DNA of 34,783 nucleotides, from IMG/VR virus record IMGVR_UViG_3300031519_000100, positions 1 to 34,783 of that record; one strand, given 5' to 3'. Shown here one piece after another: positions 9,667 to 18,569 of this stretch. Positions within the stretch are counted from its first letter, which is position 1, and the number at the start of each line of letters is the position of its first letter. The notes under the pieces were generated by a model, which was given only the letters and a program-made list of their open reading frames with translations, ran no database searches and was not told the DNA's origin. Position numbers and translations under genes: made by a program. Source of the DNA: a virus (lineage: Duplodnaviria; Caudoviricetes).

Positions 9667-10074
9667 ATGTCAACAAAAATAACAACAAGTAATAGCGTAT
9701 TAAGAGCGAGATCAAAGCAAGAAACTTTGACGTCTACTCAAGATATTAGTATTAATGACGCAGGAGCGGAATTTAATATCGCAACGGATGCGAAAGTAAT
9801 GACTCTCCCAGCGATAACGGCAGAGAATATTGGAGCAGAGTTTACTTTTAGAAATACGGGAGCGGACGGTAATAATATTATTACAATTAGCCCGGCGGCA
9901 ACGGATGCAATACACGGAACTATTGCGGCGGTATCTTCTGGAGGAGTAGACAATAAAGATTGGATCAACACAAAAGCATCCGCTAATAAAGGCGATTGGT
10001 GTACTCTTAAAGCAGTAGCTTTAACTGACTGGTATATTACTGGCGGAGACGGAGTATGGGCATCTGAAGCATAA
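9667..10074 (+). CDS. Putative capsid decoration protein
   Basis: 135 aa, beta-rich with TLPA...GxEFTF motif; between scaffold and capsid genes. Confidence 0.5.
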   Translation: MSTKITTSNSVLRARSKQETLTSTQDISINDAGAEFNIATDAKVMTLPAITAENIGAEFTFRNTGADGNNIITISPAATDAIHGTIAAVSSGGVDNKDWINTKASANKGDWCTLKAVALTDWYITGGDGVWASEA

Positions 10075-10102
10075 TAATTAATAAACTTAAAAAAAATATA
10101 CA

Positions 10103-11032
10103 ATGGCAACAACTAATTCATTAACTACTTCATACTCAGGTGAGTTCGCAGGACAGTACATCTCGGCAGCTTTATTAAGTGGTACAACTTTAGACAACGG
10201 ATTAATTACCGTTAAACCTAATATTAAATTTCAAGAAGTAATTAAAAAAGTATCTTCTGACGATATCGTAAAAGATTCTACGTGTGATTTCGATCCGACA
10301 TCGACGCTTACTTTAACTGAGCGTATAATTACACCGACAAATCAGCAAGTAAATCTGCAACTTTGTAAAAAAGATTTCCAAAATGACTGGGATGCAATAT
10401 CTATGGGCTATTCAGCTTTTGATAGCTTACCAAGTTCTTTCGCAGACTTTTTGATTGGTCACGTTTCTTCTAAGGTAGCTCAAAGAACAGAGCAAAGTAT
10501 CTGGAACGGAGCTGCGGCAACTGCCGGACAGTTTGGAGGATTTAAAGAGCTTATGTTAGCTGACGGTGACGTAACCGACGTAGGAGCGGGAGCTGCGGTA
10601 ACTGCGGCAAACGTAATCGAAAAATTAGGACTCGTAGTAGATGCAATTAATACGAGCATTTATTCTAGTGATGATCTTTTTATATATGTATCTCAGAACG
10701 TAGCGAGAGCATACGTAAGAGCATTAGGTGGGTTTTCGGTAGCGGCAACTTCTAACGCGGGTACAGGAGATCAAGGTACTCAATGGTTTAGCGGTCAATC
10801 TCTAAGTTTTGATGGCGTAAAAGTAGCGGTAGCAAACGGACTGGCGGACAACACGATGGTTGCCGCAGAGAAATCTAACCTTTATTTTGGAACCGGATTA
10901 CTAAGCGACCAAAACGAAGTGAAAGTAATCGATATGGCAGATATTGACGGAAGTCAGAATGTAAGAATTGTTATGAGATTTACGGCAGGCGTACAATACG
11001 GAATAGGATCAGACATTGTTCTTTATTCTTAA
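10103..11032 (+). CDS. Major capsid protein
   Basis: 309 aa; TSYSGEFAGQYISAALLSG, CDF, QVNLQLCKKDF, IWNG, NLYFGTGL, VRIVMRFTAGVQ; followed by a strong terminator. Confidence 0.88.
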   Translation: MATTNSLTTSYSGEFAGQYISAALLSGTTLDNGLITVKPNIKFQEVIKKVSSDDIVKDSTCDFDPTSTLTLTERIITPTNQQVNLQLCKKDFQNDWDAISMGYSAFDSLPSSFADFLIGHVSSKVAQRTEQSIWNGAAATAGQFGGFKELMLADGDVTDVGAGAAVTAANVIEKLGLVVDAINTSIYSSDDLFIYVSQNVARAYVRALGGFSVAATSNAGTGDQGTQWFSGQSLSFDGVKVAVANGLADNTMVAAEKSNLYFGTGLLSDQNEVKVIDMADIDGSQNVRIVMRFTAGVQYGIGSDIVLYS

Positions 11033-11051
11033 AAATTAACCAAACGAAATT

Positions 11052-11092
11052 AAAGGTAGGTAAGCCGTTCGTGCCTACTTACCTTTTTTTTT
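11052..11092 (+). terminator. Intrinsic terminator after the capsid gene
   Basis: AAAGGTAGGTAAGC-loop-GCCTACTTACCTTT followed by a T-run. Confidence 0.8.
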
Positions 11093-11107
11093 ATAAAAAT
11101 TATCTAT

Positions 11108-11713
11108 ATGGCGTGCGATCTCACACTTGGAAGAAAAGAACCCTGCAAGGATTCCGTAGGGGGAATTAAAAATATATACTTTGTCGATTTTGGCAAATTA
11201 GGAACGGTAAGTTATGACTCAACTCATACGGACGTTTTAGACGATTTTACCGGTACTACAATCGGTGGAACGGCGAACTCTCTTACCGCTTATAAATACG
11301 AAGTAAAGGGTGGAAGTTCTTTAGAACAAACGGTAACCTCTAGTAGAGAAACCGGAACTACTTTTTACGATCAAACTTTAAATATTACGTTAAAAAAATT
11401 ATCTGCTGCCGATAATAAAGAGCTGAAATTACTAGCTTACGGTAGACCGCATATTTTTGTGGAAGATTATAACGGTAACGTAATGGCTATGGGACTTGAA
11501 CACGGAGCCGACGTAAACGGAGGAACTATTGTCACTGGATCGGCAATGTCAGAACTTTCCGGATACACTTTAACGTTTAACGCTCAGGAAAAAGTAGCGG
11601 CTAATTTCTTAGAGATTACCGTTGCAAATACTGCGGTTGATTATCCTTTCTCTGTAACCGATTTCCCGGGATTAACTGGAGATATTGTAATTACCGAGGG
11701 AACTAATTCTTAA
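11108..11713 (+). CDS. Major tail (tube) protein
   Basis: 201 aa; MACDLTLGRKEPCKDSVGGIKNIYF, SRETGTTFYDQTL, SGYTLTF. Confidence 0.75.
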   Translation: MACDLTLGRKEPCKDSVGGIKNIYFVDFGKLGTVSYDSTHTDVLDDFTGTTIGGTANSLTAYKYEVKGGSSLEQTVTSSRETGTTFYDQTLNITLKKLSAADNKELKLLAYGRPHIFVEDYNGNVMAMGLEHGADVNGGTIVTGSAMSELSGYTLTFNAQEKVAANFLEITVANTAVDYPFSVTDFPGLTGDIVITEGTNS

Positions 11714-11735
11714 TAGATTTTTGTTTTGATAAATT

Positions 11736-11760
11736 AGGGGGTTTTTAGCCCCCTTTTTTT
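11736..11760 (+). terminator. Intrinsic terminator between convergent genes
   Basis: AGGGGG-TTTTTAG-CCCCCT followed by a T-run. Confidence 0.8.
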
Positions 11761-11761
11761 A

Positions 11762-12094
11762 TTATACTGCTAAAGCGGCATAGAATCTATTAGGATTGTA
11801 AAACTTTATAGTACCATACCATTTTTGTCCTCCGTCATAACAAACGGTAATAGTATTGTTTGGAGCTACTATTTTAGATTCTCCATATTGAGTACTTTCT
11901 AAAGTATCAATATACCAACCCGATGGTGCATTTTCTACTTTTAAAACTAAACCTCCCGGAGTATAACTAGATCTTTCTAAATAAGCTTTGCGTCCTTCTT
12001 GATCTTCGCCTATGTATTTGCGATTAGCAATTTTAGCAGCTTTTGCAGCTTGTCTTTTGTTTTCGTTTATTCTAAATATTTCTCTTGATGTCAT
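11762..12094 (-). CDS. Hypothetical protein, moron-like; the only credible minus-strand gene
   Basis: 110 aa filling the gap between major tail and head genes; has its own host-type promoter. Confidence 0.8.
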   Translation of the reverse strand: MTSREIFRINENKRQAAKAAKIANRKYIGEDQEGRKAYLERSSYTPGGLVLKVENAPSGWYIDTLESTQYGESKIVAPNNTITVCYDGGQKWYGTIKFYNPNRFYAALAV

Positions 12095-12118
12095 TTTGTT
12101 TGTTTTTGTTTTACTTTG

Positions 12119-12149
12119 TAAATATATAACTTATTTTCTTATAAACAAA
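12119..12149 (-). promoter_or_regulatory. Bacteroidota-type host promoter
   Basis: Minus strand TTTG-N19-TATATTTA, followed by an A-rich leader to the ATG at 12094. Confidence 0.7.
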
Positions 12150-12186
12150 TAATTAACAATTTATTTTATATAGACTCATTTAATTT

Positions 12187-12213
12187 AACAAAAAACGCCT
12201 TTTATTATTATAT
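12187..12213 (+). promoter_or_regulatory. Phage-specific late promoter motif, copy 3
   Basis: AACAAA-N12-TTATTATAT; ATG at 12218. Confidence 0.75.
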
Positions 12214-12217
12214 ATAT

Positions 12218-12565
12218 ATGATAGTATTGCAAGAAACGAACAACGCTCAAAATATAAACTTTATACCTAGAGAGTATACCGCCGGAGCGTCTTATACTTT
12301 TAATATAGTAGACGAAACTAAAAATAAGAACGTATATAGTCAAGCTACAACCGGAGTAACTCAAAATCTTTATTATAATAGATATAACGCCTCTTTTACA
12401 ACTTTAAAACAAGGAATCTATTATATGTTAACAATCTTATCGGGTACGGAAGTAATTTTTAAAGATAAAATATACTGTACTAATCAAACCGACCTTCCTC
12501 AATATACAATTAATAGCGGAGAGTATGTTTCTAACGATACTACAAACGAATTTATTACAATATAA
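12218..12565 (+). CDS. Virion structural protein (possible head closure protein)
   Basis: 115 aa, coupled to the portal gene, under a late promoter. Confidence 0.55.
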   Translation: MIVLQETNNAQNINFIPREYTAGASYTFNIVDETKNKNVYSQATTGVTQNLYYNRYNASFTTLKQGIYYMLTILSGTEVIFKDKIYCTNQTDLPQYTINSGEYVSNDTTNEFITI

Positions 12566-14331
12566 TGGATAACCTACATATAGTTAATTTAGCTTCTTAT
12601 AATCGACCTCAAATAAGTGAGGATAAGCAAAGAGAATGGGTAAATTATGGGGACGATAATAATTACTATCAATATCTTATAGATTTATATACCAATTCTA
12701 CGACTAACCACGCAATTATAAACGGTGTCGTAAATATGATATATGGAAAAGGGATAGACGCTTTAAACAATAGTAAAAAGCCGAACGAATACGCCGCAAT
12801 GAGATCAATATTATCTAACGATTGCCTACGAAAAGTTTGTTTAGATCTAAAACTATTAGGAGAGGCATCTTTTCAAGTTCTTTATAACGATAGTAAAGTC
12901 GTAAAAGCGGAGCATTTTCCAAGACAAACGCTAAGAGCCGAAAAATGTAACGAAGAAGGTAAAATAGAAGCTTATTATTACGCTCCGGATTGGACTAAAG
13001 TAAAACCAAACGATAAGCCTCAACGAATAGCGTCTTTTGGATTTGGAAACGGTAAAGAACCGGAGATTAAAATTTGTAAAAAATACGTTTCGGGCTATGA
13101 TTATTACTGCCCCGTCGATTACCAAGGAGGGCTGGCGTATGCCGAATTAGAAAGCGAGATAGCGGATTACCTTATAAACGACGTTCAAAATAACTTTTCG
13201 GGAACCAAAGTCGTAAATTTCAATAACGGCGTGCCGGACGCTCAACAACAGCTCCAAATCAAAAACGACGTAATGCGAAAGCTTACCGGCGCAAGAGGAG
13301 AGAAAGTAGTAATAGCGTTTAACAATAACGCCGAAAGTAAAACAACGGTAGACGATATCCCGCTAAACGACGCTCCGGCTCATTACGAGTATTTATCTAA
13401 CGAATGCTCGAACAAGCTAATTGTAGCGCATAGGGTAACTAGCCCATTACTTTTAGGAATAAGAACCGACTCCAACGGATTAGGATCAAACGCCGACGAA
13501 ATAAAAACCGCCGCTTTACTTTTTGACAATATAACAATCAAACCTTATCAAGATCTTTTAACCGATTGTATAGACGATATACTATCCGTTAACGATATAA
13601 GCCTTAAACTCTATTTTAAGACCCTACAACCGCTTTCTTTTATAGAATCGGATAACTTAGTTACCGACGAAGCTAGAGAGGAAGAGACGGGCGTTAAAAT
13701 GGCTTCTCAAGATCAAAGCAATTTAACTTCTCAATTTGACGATAAAAAGATATATGATTTATTAAGCGAGTTTGGAGAGGAAGAGGATTTAGAAAATTGG
13801 GAACTTGTAGACGAAAGAGAAGTAGATTACGATCAAGAAGAAAGCTTAGATAAAATGATCGGTTTAGCGTCAACGGGATCCGCTCGACCAAACGCAAAAA
13901 GTAAACAAGACGGCGAAGTAAAAGATTTAAAGTTTAAAGTACGTTATCAATACGCTCCTTTAGATTCGGATAGTAAGAGCCGGGAATTTTGTACTAAAAT
14001 GGTAAGCGATAAAAAGATATACCGTAAAGAGGATATAGAACAAATGAGTAAACAACCCGTTAACGCCGGATGGGGTAAAGGAGGAGCTTCAACCTACGAT
14101 ATCTGGCTCTATAAAGGCGGTGGATCTTGCAGACATTTTTGGATGCGTAAGACCTATATGGCTAAAGACGTACAACCCGACGCTAAAAACCCAAAAGCCG
14201 AAATAAGCGTTAACAAGGGTAAAAAAGAAGGATTTAAGCCCGTGACTAACGATACAAAGGTAGCCAAACGACCAAGAGATATGAAAAATAGGGGCTTTAT
14301 AAAACCTAAAAACTTTACAACACCAAAATAA
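12565..14331 (+). CDS. Portal protein with C-terminal MuF-like extension
   Basis: 588 aa; WVNYGDDNNY, STTNHAIING, AHRVTSPLLLGI, IKPYQ portal motifs; C-terminal SREFC...YKGGGSCRHFW. Confidence 0.85.
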   Translation: MDNLHIVNLASYNRPQISEDKQREWVNYGDDNNYYQYLIDLYTNSTTNHAIINGVVNMIYGKGIDALNNSKKPNEYAAMRSILSNDCLRKVCLDLKLLGEASFQVLYNDSKVVKAEHFPRQTLRAEKCNEEGKIEAYYYAPDWTKVKPNDKPQRIASFGFGNGKEPEIKICKKYVSGYDYYCPVDYQGGLAYAELESEIADYLINDVQNNFSGTKVVNFNNGVPDAQQQLQIKNDVMRKLTGARGEKVVIAFNNNAESKTTVDDIPLNDAPAHYEYLSNECSNKLIVAHRVTSPLLLGIRTDSNGLGSNADEIKTAALLFDNITIKPYQDLLTDCIDDILSVNDISLKLYFKTLQPLSFIESDNLVTDEAREEETGVKMASQDQSNLTSQFDDKKIYDLLSEFGEEEDLENWELVDEREVDYDQEESLDKMIGLASTGSARPNAKSKQDGEVKDLKFKVRYQYAPLDSDSKSREFCTKMVSDKKIYRKEDIEQMSKQPVNAGWGKGGASTYDIWLYKGGGSCRHFWMRKTYMAKDVQPDAKNPKAEISVNKGKKEGFKPVTNDTKVAKRPRDMKNRGFIKPKNFTTPK

Positions 14332-14332
14332 A

Positions 14333-14836
14333 ATGGCAGAAGCACTATTTGTAACTAGAAAAGATATAGTTAAGTATACTTCGGTATCCGGGGGGCTTGA
14401 TACGGATCGTTTTATACAATACGTTAAGATTGCGCAAAATATACATATACAAAACTATATAGGAACGGATCTTTATAACAAGATTTCAACGGATATAATA
14501 GCGGATAACTTAACAGGTAATTATCAAACGCTTGTAGAAACGCATATTAAACCTTGTTTGGTACATTGGGCAATGGTTGAGTATTTGCCCTGGGCAGCTT
14601 ACGCCGTAAGTAATAAAGGAATATTTAAAGGAACTAGCGAAAACTCGGAAAGCGTATCTAAAGAAGAGGTAGACTTTCTAATAGAAAAAGAAAGAACGAC
14701 GGCGCAATACTATACCGATAGAATGATAGAACATTTTTCGTTCAATGCCTCGAGCCTTTACCCGGAATACTATACTAATAATAACGACGATGTCTTTCCG
14801 GATAAAAGTGCGGACTTTACCGGTTGGGTAATATGA
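14333..14836 (+). CDS. Putative head-tail adaptor protein
   Basis: 167 aa, helical, directly after the portal gene. Confidence 0.6.
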   Translation: MAEALFVTRKDIVKYTSVSGGLDTDRFIQYVKIAQNIHIQNYIGTDLYNKISTDIIADNLTGNYQTLVETHIKPCLVHWAMVEYLPWAAYAVSNKGIFKGTSENSESVSKEEVDFLIEKERTTAQYYTDRMIEHFSFNASSLYPEYYTNNNDDVFPDKSADFTGWVI

Positions 14837-14931
14837 TAAAAAAAATAAAAAAATACAAGCCTAAACAAATAAACGTAATTAAACTAAAAAACTATTTAGA
14901 AAAGATGTATAACAAAAACACAAAAAAATAA
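14833..14931 (+). CDS. Small basic peptide (32 aa)
   Basis: ATGA overlap with the upstream stop; MIKKIKKYKPKQINVIKLKNYLEKMYNKNTKK. Confidence 0.45.
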   Translation: MIKKIKKYKPKQINVIKLKNYLEKMYNKNTKK

Positions 14932-14937
14932 TTATAT
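14911..14937 (+). promoter_or_regulatory. Phage-specific late promoter motif, copy 4
   Basis: AACAAA-N12-TAATTATAT (1 mismatch); ATG at 14947. Confidence 0.65.
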
Positions 14938-14946
14938 ATATAAAAA

Positions 14947-17217
14947 ATGGCAAAACAAGTAATTAATATCGGGACTAATGCAAACGACGGGACAGGCGAC
15001 CCTATAAGAGATGCGTTCGACAAGGTAAACGATAACTTTACGGAATTATATACAGATGATGCAGGAGATGTTAATTCGATAACAGCAACCGCACCAATTG
15101 TAAGAGATTCACCAACTGGAGCAGTTACAATATCGTTAGCCGATGCAGGGGTAACACTTGCTAAAGTGCAAAACGTAGCAGCAAATTCTATTTTAGTTCG
15201 TGACGCTAATAGTAGCGGAGTATTAACCGAAAAGGCTTTAGCTACCACACAAATACTTATTGGAGATGGTACTGGAATGACTGCTGCAGCTTTAAGTGGT
15301 GATGCTACAATGACAAATGCAGGAGTAGTTTCAATAGGAGCAAATAAAATAATTACTGATAAAATATTAGATTTAAATGTTACTACTTCTAAAATTGCAG
15401 ACGATGCTGTTACAACGGATAAATTAGCTAATTCAATTAATACTACAATTACTGATTTACAAACTGACAAATACGATAAAGCAGGAGGCACTATTTCTGG
15501 TGATGCTGCGATTACAGGTAATTTAATAGTAGACACCAATACTTTATATGTAGATTCTTCTACCAATAACGTAGCTATTAACGACTCAACAAACGCAAAT
15601 ATTTCGTTAACTGTTACGTCTAAATCAGGATATGAAGATATAGCATATTTTAAATCTTCAGGCACAAATATAGATGCAAGAATAAATTTGTTTCCAACTG
15701 GTACTGGCAATAGTGTTATAAATTCTGCTTCAAATTCTTTAGAATTACAAACTGCAGGAAGTCCAAAAATGACTATTAATTCAAGTGGCAACGTTGGAAT
15801 AGGTTCAGTAACTCCATCAGGTAAATTTGAAGTAAATACAGGAACCCAATTTGCATATTTCACAAGAACAGCAGGTGACAATGGTAGTATTAACCCTGCT
15901 CTTGCAATTGCCGCTGACGCATCGTCAACAAGATTGTATTCTTACGGTACTGGTATGACTTTTTGGACGGCTGCTGTCGGAGGTACAGCAGCAGAACGAA
16001 TGCGTATTGATTCAAGTGGCAACGTTGGAATAGGGACTACGAATCCGAGTACTCCTCTTCAAGTTAATGGAGTAGCACAAATAGTTACAGGTAGTGACAC
16101 TGCTTTTTATGAAGGCGATGGAGTGAGAATGTTTGGAACTCAATGGTACAGATTTAGAAATTCAGGTGGTAATGTAAGAGCATTGATAAATGTAACAACA
16201 GGGAATCTTTCTTTATATAATAGCAGTAACGTTCTTACTAATCTTATAGCAACAGATGGTAATTCATACTTTAATGGTGGCAACGTGGGAATAGGGACTA
16301 CTAGTCCTGCTTATACACTTCATTTATTAAAATCATCTGGAGATACTGAAATATATATAAATGGACAAAATGGTGAGTCAAGTTTAAGGATGGGGTTAGA
16401 TTCAAGAAATTGGCAAATTAAAACTGCTGCTGCACCTTATCTTTGGTCACTTAATTATGTGGGAACTGATGCTCCTTTGTCAAATATAATTACAGCTAAT
16501 GTAGCAGGCAACGTTGGAATAGGAACTGCTAGTCCTACCTCTTTATTACATTTAGAAAGTGCAAGTTCACCTTCTTTGAAAATAAAAGATACTACACAAG
16601 GCGCAACATTATTAGCTTTTTCTCAAAATGCTGATTCACATATAGGTACTTATAGTAATCACCCCCTAATTTTTGATGCTAACAGTACAGAACGTTTGCG
16701 TATTACAAGTGCGGGGGATGTTTTAATTGGAACTACAACAGCAATTGGTTCAGCTAGTGAAATATTGCAAATAAAAAATGATAACGGAGAACACAAAGGG
16801 ATAGCTGTAGGTAATTCAGATGGAGCTTTAAATACTACGGCAATAGCTTTTTATAATAGTAATGGTGCTGTTGGGGCTATTAGAACAAGCGGAAGTGCGA
16901 CATCTTATGCAACTTCTTCTGACTACAGACTAAAAGAAAACGTTGTACCTATGGAAGGTGCTTTAGACAGAGTAGATGCGCTAAAACCGAGTCGCTTTAA
17001 CTTTATCGCAGATGCTGACAAAACAGTAGATGGATTCCTTGCACACGAAGTAGCTGAAATAATACCTGAAGCTATTAGCGGAGAAAAAGATGCAGTAGAT
17101 AAAGAAGGAAATGCAATCTATCAAGGTATAGACCAAAGTAAGTTAGTTCCTTTATTAGTAGGTGCAATACAAGAACTAAAAGCAGAAATAGAAACTTTAA
17201 AATCACAAATACAATAA
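14947..17217 (+). CDS. Tail fibre/receptor-binding protein with C-terminal peptidase S74 intramolecular chaperone
   Basis: N-terminal INIGxxANDGTGDPIRDAFDKVNDNFTELY anchor; GNVGIG repeats; SSDYRLKEN...GFLAHEV...LVPLLVGAIQEL. Confidence 0.9.
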   Translation: MAKQVINIGTNANDGTGDPIRDAFDKVNDNFTELYTDDAGDVNSITATAPIVRDSPTGAVTISLADAGVTLAKVQNVAANSILVRDANSSGVLTEKALATTQILIGDGTGMTAAALSGDATMTNAGVVSIGANKIITDKILDLNVTTSKIADDAVTTDKLANSINTTITDLQTDKYDKAGGTISGDAAITGNLIVDTNTLYVDSSTNNVAINDSTNANISLTVTSKSGYEDIAYFKSSGTNIDARINLFPTGTGNSVINSASNSLELQTAGSPKMTINSSGNVGIGSVTPSGKFEVNTGTQFAYFTRTAGDNGSINPALAIAADASSTRLYSYGTGMTFWTAAVGGTAAERMRIDSSGNVGIGTTNPSTPLQVNGVAQIVTGSDTAFYEGDGVRMFGTQWYRFRNSGGNVRALINVTTGNLSLYNSSNVLTNLIATDGNSYFNGGNVGIGTTSPAYTLHLLKSSGDTEIYINGQNGESSLRMGLDSRNWQIKTAAAPYLWSLNYVGTDAPLSNIITANVAGNVGIGTASPTSLLHLESASSPSLKIKDTTQGATLLAFSQNADSHIGTYSNHPLIFDANSTERLRITSAGDVLIGTTTAIGSASEILQIKNDNGEHKGIAVGNSDGALNTTAIAFYNSNGAVGAIRTSGSATSYATSSDYRLKENVVPMEGALDRVDALKPSRFNFIADADKTVDGFLAHEVAEIIPEAISGEKDAVDKEGNAIYQGIDQSKLVPLLVGAIQELKAEIETLKSQIQ
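15787..16523 (+). repeat. Four near-identical 17-bp repeats GGCAACGT[TG]GGAATAGG in the tail fibre gene
   Basis: Copies at 15787, 16018, 16279 and 16507, each encoding GNVGIG. Confidence 0.85.
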
Positions 17218-17220
17218 ATA

Positions 17221-17541
17221 ATGAATTACACTTGGAATAATAAAACAGTCGATACCTACCCTACACTAGAGGGTAATAACGATGTAATCTTCAACGTACA
17301 TTGGAGACTTACAGGAGAAGATGAAAATGAAAACGTAGGTAGTACTTATGGGACTCAATCTTTAGAAACTTCAGACCTTTCTAATTTTACAGCATTTGCT
17401 GATATTACAGAAGAAGATATTAATGGATGGGTTGAGACAGCATTAGGAGAAGAAAAAGTTACTGCATTAAAAGCAAGTATAGACGCTCAAATTGCAGAGC
17501 AAGTAACACCTACAGTAGTTACAAAAACTATTGGAGAATAA
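17221..17541 (+). CDS. Tail fibre-associated protein
   Basis: 106 aa, acidic; YTW...VIFNVHWRLTG...INGWV type often found after S74 fibres. Confidence 0.65.
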   Translation: MNYTWNNKTVDTYPTLEGNNDVIFNVHWRLTGEDENENVGSTYGTQSLETSDLSNFTAFADITEEDINGWVETALGEEKVTALKASIDAQIAEQVTPTVVTKTIGE

Positions 17542-17573
17542 CAATTATTAATTAACCTTTAAATTTAAGTAAA

Positions 17574-17783
17574 ATGGCAAAAAACGAAAAGACACCAATT
17601 ACTATTGATGACAAAGAATATTTCTTTGAGGACTTAACACAAGAACAGCAAACAATTGTAAACCATATTTCAGACTTGCAACGCAAAATAAAATCTTCTG
17701 AATTTAATTTACAACAAATATCGTTTGGTAAAGATGCATTTGTTAAAGCCTTAAAAGAAGCATTAGATAATATAGAGGAATAA
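17574..17783 (+). CDS. Small coiled-coil hypothetical protein
   Basis: 69 aa; ITIDDKEY...DLTQEQ. Confidence 0.7.
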   Translation: MAKNEKTPITIDDKEYFFEDLTQEQQTIVNHISDLQRKIKSSEFNLQQISFGKDAFVKALKEALDNIEE

Positions 17784-17784
17784 A

Positions 17785-17928
17785 ATGCAAGATTTGAAGA
17801 TAGGACTTATTAATATTTCAGCTTTGGCTTTATCAATAAGCGAAGCTAACCCTATACTTCAGACAATCAGTTTAAGCCTAGCAATAATATTTACATTACT
17901 ATCCATTTATAAGAAAATTAGAAAATGA
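17785..17928 (+). CDS. Small membrane protein, holin-like (47 aa)
   Basis: MQDLKIGLINISALALSISEANPILQTISLSLAIIFTLLSIYKKIRK: two hydrophobic segments and a basic tail; ATGA overlap with the next gene. Confidence 0.6.
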   Translation: MQDLKIGLINISALALSISEANPILQTISLSLAIIFTLLSIYKKIRK

Positions 17929-18320
17929 ATTTACCAAAAAACGGTGTAGCAAAAGAGATACGTTCATATAGCGGAGCATTATTGATATTTCTTTTTATTG
18001 TTGCTTTAGTGGTAGTGTTTATTCAATACCCTGTATTAGATTCTAACAAAGAAGTTGTAATGATGTTAGTAGGAACATTGAGTGCAAGTTTGGCAATGGT
18101 AATAAGTACTATAACAGGAAGTAAGCCTGACGATATAAACCAACTTAAAAGCAAACTTGATAGTAAAGAACAAACTATTGAATCACTTACTAAAAGCAAA
18201 GACGAATACGAAGCAATGATAATCAAATTGCAAAAGGATATGCTAAAAAATCAAGACGATATGTTTGATAAATTTATTCTTAAACAAGCAATGGACTTTG
18301 ACGATAAAAATAAAAAATAA
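17925..18320 (+). CDS. Two-TM membrane protein with coiled-coil tail (lysis module)
   Basis: 131 aa; two hydrophobic helices followed by a heptad-rich C-terminus. Confidence 0.7.
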   Translation: MNLPKNGVAKEIRSYSGALLIFLFIVALVVVFIQYPVLDSNKEVVMMLVGTLSASLAMVISTITGSKPDDINQLKSKLDSKEQTIESLTKSKDEYEAMIIKLQKDMLKNQDDMFDKFILKQAMDFDDKNKK

Positions 18321-18327
18321 ATAGATT

Positions 18328-18492
18328 ATGCAAACATTTATAATATTAATGAGTTTGATTTTTACAGCAGGTGTAGTAATTTTAGTTTTAATGTATTTTG
18401 GTTATATAAAAGACCAAGACAAAAACGGAATACCTGACAAAGTAGAACAAGAAGTAAAAAAGATAAAAAAAATCTATAAAAAGAAAAAATGA
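18328..18492 (+). CDS. Single-TM protein with DxDxNGIPD calcium-binding-like motif (54 aa)
   Basis: MQTFIILMSLIFTAGVVILVLMYFGYIKDQDKNGIPDKVEQEVKKIKKIYKKKK. Confidence 0.65.
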   Translation: MQTFIILMSLIFTAGVVILVLMYFGYIKDQDKNGIPDKVEQEVKKIKKIYKKKK

Positions 18493-18566
18493 AAGAACCT
18501 AAAACTTGCCAATGTGGAAACACAACAAATCTAAACGGATATTGTGACGGTACTCATTTAAAATAA
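18489..18566 (+). CDS. CDGSH-type iron-sulfur motif microprotein (25 aa)
   Basis: MKEPKTCQCGNTTNLNGYCDGTHLK; ATGA-coupled upstream, stop 3 nt before the endolysin ATG. Confidence 0.65.
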   Translation: MKEPKTCQCGNTTNLNGYCDGTHLK

Positions 18567-18569
18567 AAT

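Noticed and set aside
946-14345. Short minus-strand ORFs inside structural genes (946, 5126, 6042, 7249, 7653, 8642, 9246, 9712, 9738, 12931, 13694, 14154)
   Set aside because: All overlap confident + strand genes and read as antisense translations.
14892-15881. 329-aa minus-strand ORF
   Set aside because: Antisense shadow of the tail fibre gene; no recognisable motifs or promoter, and the + strand gene is well supported.
15787-16523. CRISPR-like array or DGR template/variable repeat
   Set aside because: The repeats are in-frame coding motifs about 230-260 bp apart; no cas or reverse transcriptase gene and no adenine-specific variation was seen.
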